From IMG/VR virus record IMGVR_UViG_3300029554_000001: a stretch of DNA of 64,000 nt; one strand, given 5' to 3'. Positions 18,150 to 27,635 of the stretch are shown one piece after another. The number at the start of each line of letters is the position of its first letter. Within the stretch, counting starts at the first letter, position 1. The DNA comes from a virus. The position numbers were made by a program, and so were the translations under genes. The notes below the pieces were generated by a model. It was given only the letters and a program-made list of their open reading frames with translations. It was not told where the DNA came from and made no database searches.

Positions 18150-18194
18150 AAGGAGAATTTTATTTTTAAAAAGATAGGAAAATTTAATAAACCA

Positions 18195-18223
18195 TTGACA
18201 AACTTTCCTTTGTTTGGTATACT
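18195..18223 (+). promoter_or_regulatory. sigma70-like promoter
   Basis: TTGACA-N17-TATACT. Confidence 0.6.
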
Positions 18224-18253
18224 TAGTATATCAAATGAGGGAGGTTTTCTTTT

Positions 18254-18442
18254 ATGACTAAGTTTCGTTGCATTGATAATTTCTATGTAAATGGTAAGCT
18301 GGAATGCTTGGCCGGTCGTTATTATCCTGTTGAATTTGCTGACGGGGATGATAAGGGTTATGTAACTATCCATAATACCGAAAGTAGCAAAGAAGTTTGG
18401 GCTACTTGTCTTGATTTGGGAGACTGCTTCGAAAAATTTTAA
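18254..18442 (+). CDS. hypothetical protein (62 aa)
   Basis: ORF + SD GAGGGAGG after the promoter at 18195. Confidence 0.55.
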   Translation: MTKFRCIDNFYVNGKLECLAGRYYPVEFADGDDKGYVTIHNTESSKEVWATCLDLGDCFEKF

Positions 18443-18455
18443 GGAGGTTTCTATT

Positions 18456-18803
18456 ATGAAGCTTACTCGTGAGGTTGATATTTACCAGTGTCCTGTTTCT
18501 ATTAAATATTGCTTTATATCATTCGGATGGTTAGAACCGAATACAGTTAAAATTACTGATTATGTGCGTGTTTGGCATGGAGAAATTGAGCTTGATGATG
18601 CTCCAGAAGGACTTGTAGAAATGGACATTCAAAAGGCTATTTGTGAGAAATGTTTCTGCCATTTCCAAAATGGTCGGGATAAAACCTTTTTTGGAAGAAG
18701 TATCTCAACTTCTGATATTATCAGTGTTAAAAAAGATAATACTGCTAGTTATTACTATTGTGATTCTATTGGTTGGGAGCTGATTAAAACTCAGGATAAA
18801 TGA
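18456..18803 (+). CDS. hypothetical protein (115 aa)
   Basis: AAGGAGG-8 nt-ATG 18456; the track start 18411 lacks an SD. Confidence 0.6.
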   Translation: MKLTREVDIYQCPVSIKYCFISFGWLEPNTVKITDYVRVWHGEIELDDAPEGLVEMDIQKAICEKCFCHFQNGRDKTFFGRSISTSDIISVKKDNTASYYYCDSIGWELIKTQDK

Positions 18804-18831
18804 ATAACTTTTTTGATTAAGGAGAAATATT

Positions 18832-19065
18832 ATGGCTGCTCAAAATATTATTCTAACTTTGTATAGCGATAATAATAACACATATCTTTGCTGGGATAGT
18901 GATAACAAGTATTATTACTTTGGTCAAAAAGATGATGATAATGTTATTTGCTGGTCTTCCCTTGAAGAGTTTAACAAGTTCTACGCTTTCGCTATTAAGA
19001 ATCTTTCAATTATGAAAGCTCCAAATCTCGCTCCTCGTTGTGCTCTTCTTTATAAGAACAAGTAA
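18832..19065 (+). CDS. hypothetical protein (77 aa)
   Basis: ORF + SD AAGGAGA. Confidence 0.6.
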   Translation: MAAQNIILTLYSDNNNTYLCWDSDNKYYYFGQKDDDNVICWSSLEEFNKFYAFAIKNLSIMKAPNLAPRCALLYKNK

Positions 19066-19104
19066 AAATATATAATAAGAGTCTTATTTGTTGAGATTAA
19101 ACCC

Positions 19105-19133
19105 TTGACAAATAGGACTTTTTGTTGTATTAT
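19105..19133 (+). promoter_or_regulatory. sigma70-like promoter
   Basis: TTGACA-N17-TATTAT. Confidence 0.55.
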
Positions 19134-19155
19134 ATTAAAGAATAGAGGTGAAAAT

Positions 19156-19950
19156 ATGTCAATGAAAGTAACGCCCCCTGACGCAAATGTTATTAACACA
19201 GTAGATGTAATTGAACATATTTTGGGTAAGGGTGGATTGATTGAACAAAATAAAGATGTATTGTTCAAACCAATTCTTTTTAATGAAATAACTCTTGATG
19301 TATTATTTCAATATCGTGAGTGGTTTTTTGCTTTTGTTCCTATTTATGAGTATCTTTTAACTTTAAAGCAACCTCGTAATTTTTACTCTTTTCCTACTAA
19401 ACAGTCAATTGTATTTAAAAGCACATTACTTGATTGTCAAAAAGAAAACTTTTTAGTTTCTCATACTAAAAATTACGATAAGGTTGTTCTTGATTATGGT
19501 TTACGTCCAGAACAATTAAACCAGAAATATCTTGAATCAGAAATCACTTTATTTGAAGACACTGATAAATTAATTATGAATTTAAAAAAGCAAGATAAAA
19601 AAGACCTTTTTGTTTTTTTATATTATATCATGGAACATGTTTGGGGAGCTATAACTGTAATTTGGGCTTTTAGAGATTTAATAAAAGAAAGCCATCCTAT
19701 AGCTACAATGCTTAACGGGCGGTGTTTTGGTACTCATATTACTGACCTTACTTATTATTCTACAAGTGAATTGAAAGTTTGTGAAAATAGCCTAAAGAAA
19801 AATAAATTTGATTACAACCTTTTTTATATTACACGAATTAGTAGAGACATGGAAAAGTGCATTTATTATCACGGTTTTAATGAACATGAGAATACTTTTA
19901 ATTCTACCCCTGATATTCCTAATGACGAGAATTGTGAGGATGATTATTAA
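19156..19950 (+). CDS. hypothetical protein (264 aa)
   Basis: GAGGTG-5 nt-ATG after the promoter at 19105. First of three translationally coupled genes. Confidence 0.65.
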   Translation: MSMKVTPPDANVINTVDVIEHILGKGGLIEQNKDVLFKPILFNEITLDVLFQYREWFFAFVPIYEYLLTLKQPRNFYSFPTKQSIVFKSTLLDCQKENFLVSHTKNYDKVVLDYGLRPEQLNQKYLESEITLFEDTDKLIMNLKKQDKKDLFVFLYYIMEHVWGAITVIWAFRDLIKESHPIATMLNGRCFGTHITDLTYYSTSELKVCENSLKKNKFDYNLFYITRISRDMEKCIYYHGFNEHENTFNSTPDIPNDENCEDDY

Positions 19951-20813
19951 TGGAAAATAAAACAATTACTTATGGGAATATTAGAAAACAATTTGCCTCT
20001 TTCTTAAAGATTCTTGTTGACATTCCTTTTAATTCTTTCTTTGACAATGAAAAGATTTGCCCTGATAAATTTGCTGTATTATTTAATTATCTTGAACCAA
20101 CTCTTCCAATGCTTCCTTATATTACCATGCTCAGAACTGAAAATCCAGATGTAACTGTTCCATTTTTCGTGAATAATCCTTTCTTTGACTATAAAAAGAA
20201 CAAAGATGGATTAAAAATAATTAAATTTAACTCTTGGGTTGGTTATTATGCTGAAATGAACACTTCTTTTAATGCAGATTTCATTGTTAAAAACGACGCC
20301 ATTAAAAATTATAGCCTAATGTATAAATATCTCAAGACTTTAAAAAATTGTGTCTCAATTATAGATGATTTTTTTCTTATGCTTGATGCACCAAAAAATT
20401 ATCTTAATCCTATTTATAAAAGTATTTCTGCAAAAACTATTAAGGTTTTAAATGAATTAATGGAATTTTATGGTAATTATATCTTGGTAAAAAAGAAGGG
20501 TGTAAGTCAGTATACAGCAAACAATAGGATTTATATTCATAACACTCAACCAGACACCCAAATTATTTATAATCCTTTTGTCCCTGTTACAGCCGTTGGT
20601 ACTAATAATCCTCTCTTCCCTGTTACAGCCGATTTAACTCTTGCTAGAGGTGGAGAAGAAACTAATTTGTTTGAAACCATTCCTCGCATTAATAATATTG
20701 CCGCTGAAATCATTGGGTGGAGAGAAATTGAAGGAGAATTTGACAGAACTTTGCGTGATAATGCTCATAGAACTGTTGCAAAATGTACTGAATTATTGAG
20801 GACAGCTACATGA
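19950..20813 (+). CDS. hypothetical protein (287 aa)
   Basis: TAATG coupling to the upstream gene. Confidence 0.65.
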   Translation: MENKTITYGNIRKQFASFLKILVDIPFNSFFDNEKICPDKFAVLFNYLEPTLPMLPYITMLRTENPDVTVPFFVNNPFFDYKKNKDGLKIIKFNSWVGYYAEMNTSFNADFIVKNDAIKNYSLMYKYLKTLKNCVSIIDDFFLMLDAPKNYLNPIYKSISAKTIKVLNELMEFYGNYILVKKKGVSQYTANNRIYIHNTQPDTQIIYNPFVPVTAVGTNNPLFPVTADLTLARGGEETNLFETIPRINNIAAEIIGWREIEGEFDRTLRDNAHRTVAKCTELLRTAT

Positions 20814-21634
20814 TTTGTTTAGATATGTATGGTATGGATGAATATCAAACTGAAAAGGCTAAAATTCTTTCTAAAGGAGAAAAGCCTAACAGACATAATA
20901 TTGTCCAATTTATTGCGGCTATGACTTGCTTAGTTAAGGATTTGGAAAAGGTAGATTTTGGAGAAGCAGTTTATAAAAAACCTAAGAGTAAAAATGATTG
21001 GATGATTCTTTGGAATATTTCTAAAAAATTTGATGTTATCCTTGAATATTACAATGAGTTGATTGTATGGCAACCAAGTTGGCTTGTGTCTCTTGTAAGT
21101 GATGCTTCATTATGGAATGCAAAAACAGGTGGAAAGCTGCCACAACCTTTTACTTATCTTAATGATGGTGCATCTTACAACAACCTATTAAATGGTAAAT
21201 CTTTCCATATTACTTGGTCTAGTATTATCGAAAGAAAAACATTTTTTGAAGAAAATGAGGTTGTTATTACTCAAGCATTTGAACGCGCATTAAACGGTAA
21301 AAACAAAAATTGTAACAATTATTTTGGAAGTTTAGGATTTTATATTACTCGTCATTGGCACGATTTACAATTTGCATTTGCTTTTTTAGATTATTTAACA
21401 ATTCGTATTACTTTTGATAAATATGAAAAAGAATCTTGTATTTGGCGCACCTTAAACCAACATAATATTATAAATAATCCAGAAAATTGTGATGAAATAA
21501 GACAAACAGTGGTTACAATTCACAAACTTCATTTGTCTATTAATGCAGTTAATTCAATATTAAATTTCAATTCTAATTCTATTGCTACCGAAAAAGAAAG
21601 AGTACATAATAATTATTATAATTACTGGATTTAA
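20810..21634 (+). CDS. hypothetical protein (274 aa)
   Basis: ATGA coupling to the upstream gene. Confidence 0.65.
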   Translation: MICLDMYGMDEYQTEKAKILSKGEKPNRHNIVQFIAAMTCLVKDLEKVDFGEAVYKKPKSKNDWMILWNISKKFDVILEYYNELIVWQPSWLVSLVSDASLWNAKTGGKLPQPFTYLNDGASYNNLLNGKSFHITWSSIIERKTFFEENEVVITQAFERALNGKNKNCNNYFGSLGFYITRHWHDLQFAFAFLDYLTIRITFDKYEKESCIWRTLNQHNIINNPENCDEIRQTVVTIHKLHLSINAVNSILNFNSNSIATEKERVHNNYYNYWI

Positions 21635-21665
21635 AATAAATTAATTTAAAAAGGAGATAACTATA

Positions 21666-22106
21666 ATGCCTAAATCTCGTATGGCACGCAATTTCAAAGC
21701 TCGAAAGGGAGCTTCTCTTAATTACACACTTCTTGCTCGTCAAAAGGAATTTCCTAAGTTGACTTGTAAGAAGAATCTTCCCACTCCTGATACTAAAGAT
21801 AGTGATAATCCTAATAATGTCAAGTACATTCTCAAGGAAAATGATACTCAATGTGCTATCTTCTCTACAGAGCTTAAGTCTCAAGATAATCACAAAGACC
21901 CTCTTTATTTGATTGTGGGTGCTCTTACTGGTGCTCTTCTTCTTACTGACAAGGAAATTGAAGAGTATTTTGATTTGACTCCTATGATTGATAAGAAGCT
22001 TACTCTTAAGGATGCTCCTTATAAGAACACTGGTGTTAAGATTGAGTACGACACCAATGATATTCCTACAGACATTGTTGATTTTAAGGGTACTCCTATT
22101 AAGTAA
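21666..22106 (+). CDS. hypothetical protein (146 aa)
   Basis: ORF + SD AAAGGAG. Confidence 0.6.
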   Translation: MPKSRMARNFKARKGASLNYTLLARQKEFPKLTCKKNLPTPDTKDSDNPNNVKYILKENDTQCAIFSTELKSQDNHKDPLYLIVGALTGALLLTDKEIEEYFDLTPMIDKKLTLKDAPYKNTGVKIEYDTNDIPTDIVDFKGTPIK

Positions 22107-22117
22107 AGGAGAATAAT

Positions 22118-23704
22118 ATGAAAAATAATGATTTCCCCACTAACCCAGTAGCTTTTGCTCAATATGTTTGGGAAAATATTGAAATTAAAGACATATTGGT
22201 TGATAGATTTCACAATTTTTGGAAAGTAACTTCTTATAAAATTTGCAATGGTCGTAAAATAAGAATTGAAATTCGTTGTATTAGTGACTCTGGCACAGAC
22301 TACAAAAATGGAGGTTGCAAAAAATTAACTCGTTATGACCTTGCTAGCAAATATTATTTTTATATTAATAATATTGCTGTTGAGATTCCCGATGTTGAAG
22401 ATTGGAATGCTGGAACTTTCGTTCAAAATTATAATACGCTTTGGTATATTCTTGATACAATGGTTCCCATTACAAAAGAAGAAACATCGGATATGGATGC
22501 TTTGTTTCTTTTAACCCAAGAAGCAGATAAGATTTACGAAGAAAATAACGAAAAAATTTCTACTATCAGGACTTTAAATGAATTAAAAAACAAATTTGAA
22601 AAACGTGATTATTATGATGGAGACAAGATTCGAGAAAAATGTGTTAACTGTCTCCCAAAAGAGGACAAAAAAATGACCGAAAACGAAAAAAATTACTTCC
22701 CTAAAAATAAGGGAAAAACGGGTGTCGATACCCAATTAAAATCCGCATTTTATTCGCAGGAAGAACTCGATGAAGCCATCAGAAAAATTGATGACTTCCT
22801 TGAAACCCATGCAAATACTGCTAAAAATAAGTGTAAAGAATCTGTTAAGAAATTTACAGACTTCTCCGACAAGGATTTGGATGAGATTTGTACACGAGTG
22901 GTGGACACTTTTTATTCGGCCTCTGATTTTTCTAAGAAAGCCTTTTGTGATTTTAGAAATTGGTGGAGAGAAAACCATAAAGATGATGAAGTTAAGGTAA
23001 AAGAATCTAAAAAAGAACCCGAAAATAAAACGGAAACTCTTAAAGTAAACAATAATTCTGTTATTACCGTTGATAATAATGAGGTTGATACTAAAAAGAA
23101 TAAAGTTAACAACACTGATGTAGAAAAGCCTAAGCCTGTCTTTAAGCTCGGTGATGTTGTCTATACTAAGGGAGAATCTGTTGGCTATATTTCTCGTATT
23201 GGATATACTGATAGATATTGTTATTATTATTGGACACCAATTATCATTTCTTCTAATGACAAGACACTTAAGGATGAAGAAATTGGCTTAACTTATCCTT
23301 ATGAAACCCATTACAAGCGTATTGGTAACTATCTTATGTCTGACCTTAATTGCGTTAAGAAAATGGCTCGTATTGATTCTGTTTATAAGTTAAGTGAAGA
23401 TAATCTTAAAAAGTTCCCTTATCTTGATAAGTATATAACCGACTTTGAAAATAATGAAAAAGATAATAACACACCTACAACAGATAGTGCAACACCTCCA
23501 CTCAGCAGAAAAACTGTTAATGCTAATTCACTCCCTAATTATCTTAATAAGCTTAATCTTACTGATTCTGCTTATCTTTGTGAAAGCAATACTGGTTTAA
23601 CTCATGCTAACGCATTAAAACTGAATGATGTTATTGATTCTCTTAATAGTATTATTCATTATCTTCAAGAAGAAGAGCGTAGAAGACAATTTGAAGAAAG
23701 ATAA
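22118..23704 (+). CDS. hypothetical protein (528 aa)
   Basis: Longest plus-strand ORF; SD AAAGGAG; followed by an intrinsic terminator. Confidence 0.7.
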   Translation: MKNNDFPTNPVAFAQYVWENIEIKDILVDRFHNFWKVTSYKICNGRKIRIEIRCISDSGTDYKNGGCKKLTRYDLASKYYFYINNIAVEIPDVEDWNAGTFVQNYNTLWYILDTMVPITKEETSDMDALFLLTQEADKIYEENNEKISTIRTLNELKNKFEKRDYYDGDKIREKCVNCLPKEDKKMTENEKNYFPKNKGKTGVDTQLKSAFYSQEELDEAIRKIDDFLETHANTAKNKCKESVKKFTDFSDKDLDEICTRVVDTFYSASDFSKKAFCDFRNWWRENHKDDEVKVKESKKEPENKTETLKVNNNSVITVDNNEVDTKKNKVNNTDVEKPKPVFKLGDVVYTKGESVGYISRIGYTDRYCYYYWTPIIISSNDKTLKDEEIGLTYPYETHYKRIGNYLMSDLNCVKKMARIDSVYKLSEDNLKKFPYLDKYITDFENNEKDNNTPTTDSATPPLSRKTVNANSLPNYLNKLNLTDSAYLCESNTGLTHANALKLNDVIDSLNSIIHYLQEEERRRQFEER

Positions 23705-23740
23705 TATGTAATTCAGTTAAATAATAACAAAAAATAACAA

Positions 23741-23770
23741 AAGAAGAGTCATTTTGGCTCTTCTTTTTTT
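23741..23770 (+). terminator. intrinsic terminator
   Basis: AAGAAGAG-loop-CTCTTCTT followed by T6. Confidence 0.6.
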
Positions 23771-23779
23771 ATTAAATAC

Positions 23780-23808
23780 TTGACTTCTGGTTTGCAATTT
23801 GCTATACT
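23780..23808 (+). promoter_or_regulatory. sigma70-like promoter
   Basis: TTGACT-N17-TATACT. Confidence 0.55.
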
Positions 23809-23840
23809 GTAAATACAAAGAAGAAAAGGAATGGTAATTT

Positions 23841-24110
23841 ATGACTTATTACGTTATTAAGTTTGTTTGGAAGGATTATCGCAACTTCGTTCAGACCACT
23901 TATGCTGGTTATAATTATAATATTTATCATAATTGGGGACCTTCTTTTTATTGTGACTTCAATGAAGCTGAAAAATTTGACAGTGTTGAAGCAGCTAAGA
24001 ATTTTTACGAAAAGTATAGTAGTTACTTTAAGGTTTCTATTGAAAGAGAAGATTCTTCTGTTTATATTTCCAAAATCGTTATTAACACAGAAGACGTGGA
24101 AAAAATTTAA
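23841..24110 (+). CDS. hypothetical protein (89 aa)
   Basis: ORF + SD AAAGGA after the promoter at 23780. Weak resemblance to 24126-24452 (YY(V/I)I...EEAK). Confidence 0.55.
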   Translation: MTYYVIKFVWKDYRNFVQTTYAGYNYNIYHNWGPSFYCDFNEAEKFDSVEAAKNFYEKYSSYFKVSIEREDSSVYISKIVINTEDVEKI

Positions 24111-24125
24111 AGGAGATTAAACATT

Positions 24126-24452
24126 GTGAAGAAGTCTTATTACATTATTAGAGTTACTCGTTCTGGAAAAAGCCTTTTTCATGGTAAAAAATATATCGGT
24201 GTTACTGAACATCTTGATAATACATCTACTTATTATTCTTTTGCTTCTGTTGACCAAGCTGTAAGATTTTCTACTTTAGAAGAAGCTAAAAATTGCTTAA
24301 TTAAAAATAAAAAAGACCTCTTTAACCCTGATGCTTTAACCTATCTTTATATTGAATCTATTGAGATTCTTCATATTGTTTACACAGAAGACATAGAAAG
24401 TGTATTTCATGGACTTCACTGTTTGGAAGATACTACTATCTGGATTAATTAA
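24126..24452 (+). CDS. hypothetical protein (108 aa, GTG start)
   Basis: AAAGGAG-10 nt-GTG; followed by the terminator at 24465-24509. Confidence 0.55.
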   Translation: MKKSYYIIRVTRSGKSLFHGKKYIGVTEHLDNTSTYYSFASVDQAVRFSTLEEAKNCLIKNKKDLFNPDALTYLYIESIEILHIVYTEDIESVFHGLHCLEDTTIWIN

Positions 24453-24464
24453 ATAACCTATTTT

Positions 24465-24509
24465 AAACTTGTTTATTTCATATCGGATAAACAAGTTTAT
24501 TTTTGTTTT
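24465..24509 (+). terminator. intrinsic terminator
   Basis: AAACTTGTTTAT-10 nt loop-ATAAACAAGTTT followed by ATTTTTGTTTT. Confidence 0.65.
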
Positions 24510-24532
24510 AAAATTTATTTTTGAAAAAGTGC

Positions 24533-24561
24533 TTGACAAGTTGACTGAGGTGTGTTATAAT
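24533..24561 (+). promoter_or_regulatory. sigma70-like promoter ahead of the GIY-YIG gene
   Basis: TTGACA-N17-TATAAT, TGT extension. Confidence 0.65.
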
Positions 24562-24602
24562 GTATATGGATTAATAGAATATTAAAGAAAGGAGATATTA
24601 TT

Positions 24603-25568
24603 TTGAAAGAATTTCAAGAATTTAAAGATTTAGAATAGTTTTATTTAAAAGCACAAGAAATATTTAAAGATAGAAAAAGAGTGGATAGTTACAAAGAAAT
24701 GTGTGAGCTTTTAGATGAACCTTATTATGCTTCACCTTCTCGCAAAGAGCGTCAAAAAATACAATTTACTACTTGGAAAAAATGTTTTACATGGCGCAAA
24801 TCAAAATAGAAGTTTATTAATATTAAAATGATTCCAAAAGAAATTTTTGACGAAAATCTTTAGGAATTAAAAAATAAACGAGAAGAAAAATCAAAAGCGC
24901 AATCTGAAAAAACTCTTCAAAATTATATTAAAAATTATAAACTTAATCATTTATTAACTGGAAGATGGCCTTCTCGTCCCTGCTCTTGGGATAAGAGAGG
25001 TGTATATATAGTTTATAATAAATCTAACAAAAATTCCTACAAAGGTCCTGTTTGTTATATCGGTAGTACTGCTATCGCTTTTTATAAAAGATTTAATAGT
25101 CATTTAAGCCCTTCTCAAACTATGTCTCAAGAAATAAGAGATTTAATGGAAGAGAAAGATACTCATATTAATTTTTTATGGTTCGCTCCTGATGATGCAA
25201 CAGAAGATGAAATACATGAGAAAGAAGCCGAGTTCTGGTCTATATATCAGAAAAAAGGATATCATATGCTTAATAAGCATATTCCTCAATATCATAGAAC
25301 TTTAAAAAATCCTAATAAAAAGAAAATTGCTCCCCATGGTTCTTATTTAACTGACGAAGATTGGATTAAATATAAAAAGATTAGTGCGAAAATTCCTTCT
25401 GATAAGATTCCTCTTTTAATTAAATTCTTGCAAAAAGATTTAAAATTAGAATTTTCAGAAGATTTTAATATGTGGACTGAACCTAATATGATTCCCAAAA
25501 TACAAAAGTTTGTTGAAGAAAATAAAAAGAAAGTGGAAATACGAGAGGTTGATAAAGATGACGAATAA
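24603..25568 (+). CDS. GIY-YIG homing-endonuclease-like protein with three in-frame TAGs (24636, 24807, 24861)
   Basis: AAAGGAGA-7 nt-TTG. GVYIVYN...CYIGST...R...E...N pattern (GIY-YIG) lies at 24996-25260. There is no ATG/GTG/TTG between TAG 24861 and the motif, so the catalytic domain can only be reached by reading through TAG. Confidence 0.6.
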
Positions 25569-26919
25569 TTAGCTTTATAGAAAATGCCAATAGAAATTAA
25601 AGGATGTTACAGAAGTAGAATCTTATAAAGCTATGTGTGCTTTATTAAACGAAGAATATTTCAAATATAAAAAAAGTAAAGATAGATAGCTTGAAGTTTG
25701 GAAAACTTGTTTTAGCTACGATTTACTTAAAAGTGGTAAGTTTATCAATATTAGACTTCTTTCAGAGTCAGAACATTTCCAGACTCTTACGGAACTGTTT
25801 AAAACAGATTCCATTTCTTACTCCCTTTGTGGCTTACTTAATCAATATAGTGATGAAACAAACGAAAGTATTGTTTATATAACTAAATCTGAATTAGCTT
25901 TTTGCTTAGGATTTTTTAATGAATCTTATAGCGCAGTAAAAAAATATCCTGAAATGTATTCTTATCAAGTTGAAAATGATATTTTAGCCCTTCGAAATAG
26001 CCGATATCCATTTATTAAAGAACATAAAGATTCTATTAAAGGTTGGAGAAAAGTAAAAAAAAATTCTTCTAAACCATCTAATGATACTCTTCAAAAAGTA
26101 GAAGATTTTACTACCCATTATTCATCTAATTATGAATATAAGGTCGAAAATGCTTTAAAGAACCTTGCTGATAGTGGTTATATTACTTTACATGAAGTCT
26201 ATATGGGTGCTTTTATTGATGATAACTTTAACTGGATTCCTAATATAGATAATATTTCAAATAAAGATGGTAGATATTACTTTAAAAGTGATGAAACAAC
26301 TACTTTAGTTATTCCTTATAAGGATAGAGAACTTACACCAGAAGAAGAAGTTAAATATATTCAAATTACCAATGAAATTTTCAGACAAATGAATCTTGAT
26401 GGAATTCAAGATGTTTTTAAACAAAATAAACAACTTAAATTTAGACAACAATTATTTCCTCAATTACTTTCTAACATGGGATGTTTATATATTTATAAAG
26501 CATACCGTATCGGATTTTCTTCTGAACATATTGGAGATAAAGAAACAAAAGTTAAAACTAAATTGCAATCTACTTTTGATATAGCTTCTTTAAAGAAAGC
26601 ATTAGCAGATAATAATAGTACAGCTACTAAAGCTAATCTTAAAAATGCCCAAAAACGTATTGAAGATAATATTTCTTCTAAGCATACTTTAGGTAATACT
26701 TTATCTGAAAGTCAAAAATTAGAACAAGAATATTCTACTTTTATATTAAAAAAGTTATCAAAAGAATTGCTTAATATAGATGTTGATTCCTATTTTCCTT
26801 CTACTTCTGATTCTTCTAATGCAATTCAATTCATTAATTCAAAGAAAAAAGCTATTTTTAATAATAGTTTACGACGTTTAAATAATAAAAGATAGTATGA
26901 TGAAAAATCTCAAAAATAA
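25558..26919 (+). CDS. hypothetical protein (453 codons) sharing an N-terminal module with the GIY-YIG gene; in-frame TAGs at 25570, 25591, 25687, 26893
   Basis: GAGAGG-9 nt-ATG. The frame joins track ORF 25954-26895. N-terminal YK(A/E)MC(A/E)LL...W K x CF...KFINI is shared with 24603-25568. If TAG is sense, the end moves to TAA 26917-26919. Confidence 0.5.
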
Positions 26920-26945
26920 ATTCCTTTATTTTACTACCCAAAATC

Positions 26946-27138
26946 CAAAAACGTACATTTTGAAAAATTGACGATTTTTTAAACCCTTATTTTATATGGC
27001 TTTAAACAAGGTCAGGTCAAAATTTGTCTATAGATATATTATATATTATTCTTAGGACAAATTTTGACCTGACCCTTTTAAAACCCTTATATTTACTGCA
27101 TTTAAAAATTTGCTGGAATTTCAAAATGTACGTTTTTG
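26946..27138. repeat. nested perfect inverted repeats (20-bp outer, 19-bp inner)
   Basis: Outer: CAAAAACGTACATTTTGAAA 26946-26965 vs its reverse complement 27119-27138. Inner: GGTCAGGTCAAAATTTGTC 27010-27028 vs 27056-27074. Flanking direct repeats TTTTAAA(A)CCCTTAT. Confidence 0.8.
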
Positions 27139-27300
27139 AAAAAAGTCCCTCAACAGGAGAGTTTCTAACTTCATACTTCGCTTACGCTCGTATTCACTAA
27201 GAAACTCTATCCTTTCTACAACTTTTATCTCAATATCTCTATAATAATAAGTAATACCTTCTTGTTTCATTTGAAAAAAGTACAGTCAAAAACTAGAAAA

Positions 27301-27535
27301 AGCATTAGAGTTTGTTGAAGTGAGCCTTGCGAACGATTACAAACTCTTATGCTATCTTTTTCTATTTTTGGCTGTAACCGCGAGAGGATGTTTGCATTAT
27401 GAAAGAGAGAGCATTAGCGACGGATGGAGCGTAATGCGACCATCTTTCATAATGATACAAACACCGCATCACGGTGGATTATCTGCGAAGCGCCTTCGTA
27501 ATGATAAATTATCGTAATGAAGCACTTTCGTAATT
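27301..27535 (+). ncRNA. GC-enriched, hairpin-dense segment upstream of tnpB (unclassified structured RNA or IS left-end)
   Basis: Stems 27301-27315/27339-27353, 27395-27406/27443-27454 (12 bp perfect, extendable) and 27462-27466/27472-27476. TCGTAAT occurs three times at 27496-27530. Confidence 0.3.
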
Positions 27536-27560
27536 ATTGAAACAAAATCTTATTAAACTA

Positions 27561-27589
27561 TTGACTTTTTATTTTATATCTGTTATTAT
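27561..27589 (+). promoter_or_regulatory. sigma70-like promoter ahead of tnpB
   Basis: TTGACT-N17-TATTAT. Confidence 0.5.
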
Positions 27590-27635
27590 ATTTACAGTAA
27601 GAAAGATGGAAATAATATTATTATAGAGGATTGAA

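Noticed and set aside
27320-27517. 65-aa ORF (GTG start) upstream of tnpB
   Set aside because: No SD. It coincides with the hairpin-dense GC-rich segment and is more plausibly structured RNA/DNA than protein.
24603-27540. Group I intron housing the GIY-YIG gene
   Set aside because: No split host gene flanks the region: the upstream and downstream ORFs are unrelated small orphans. I could not recognise P3-P7 core elements. The endonuclease has its own promoter and SD, so I treat it as free-standing.
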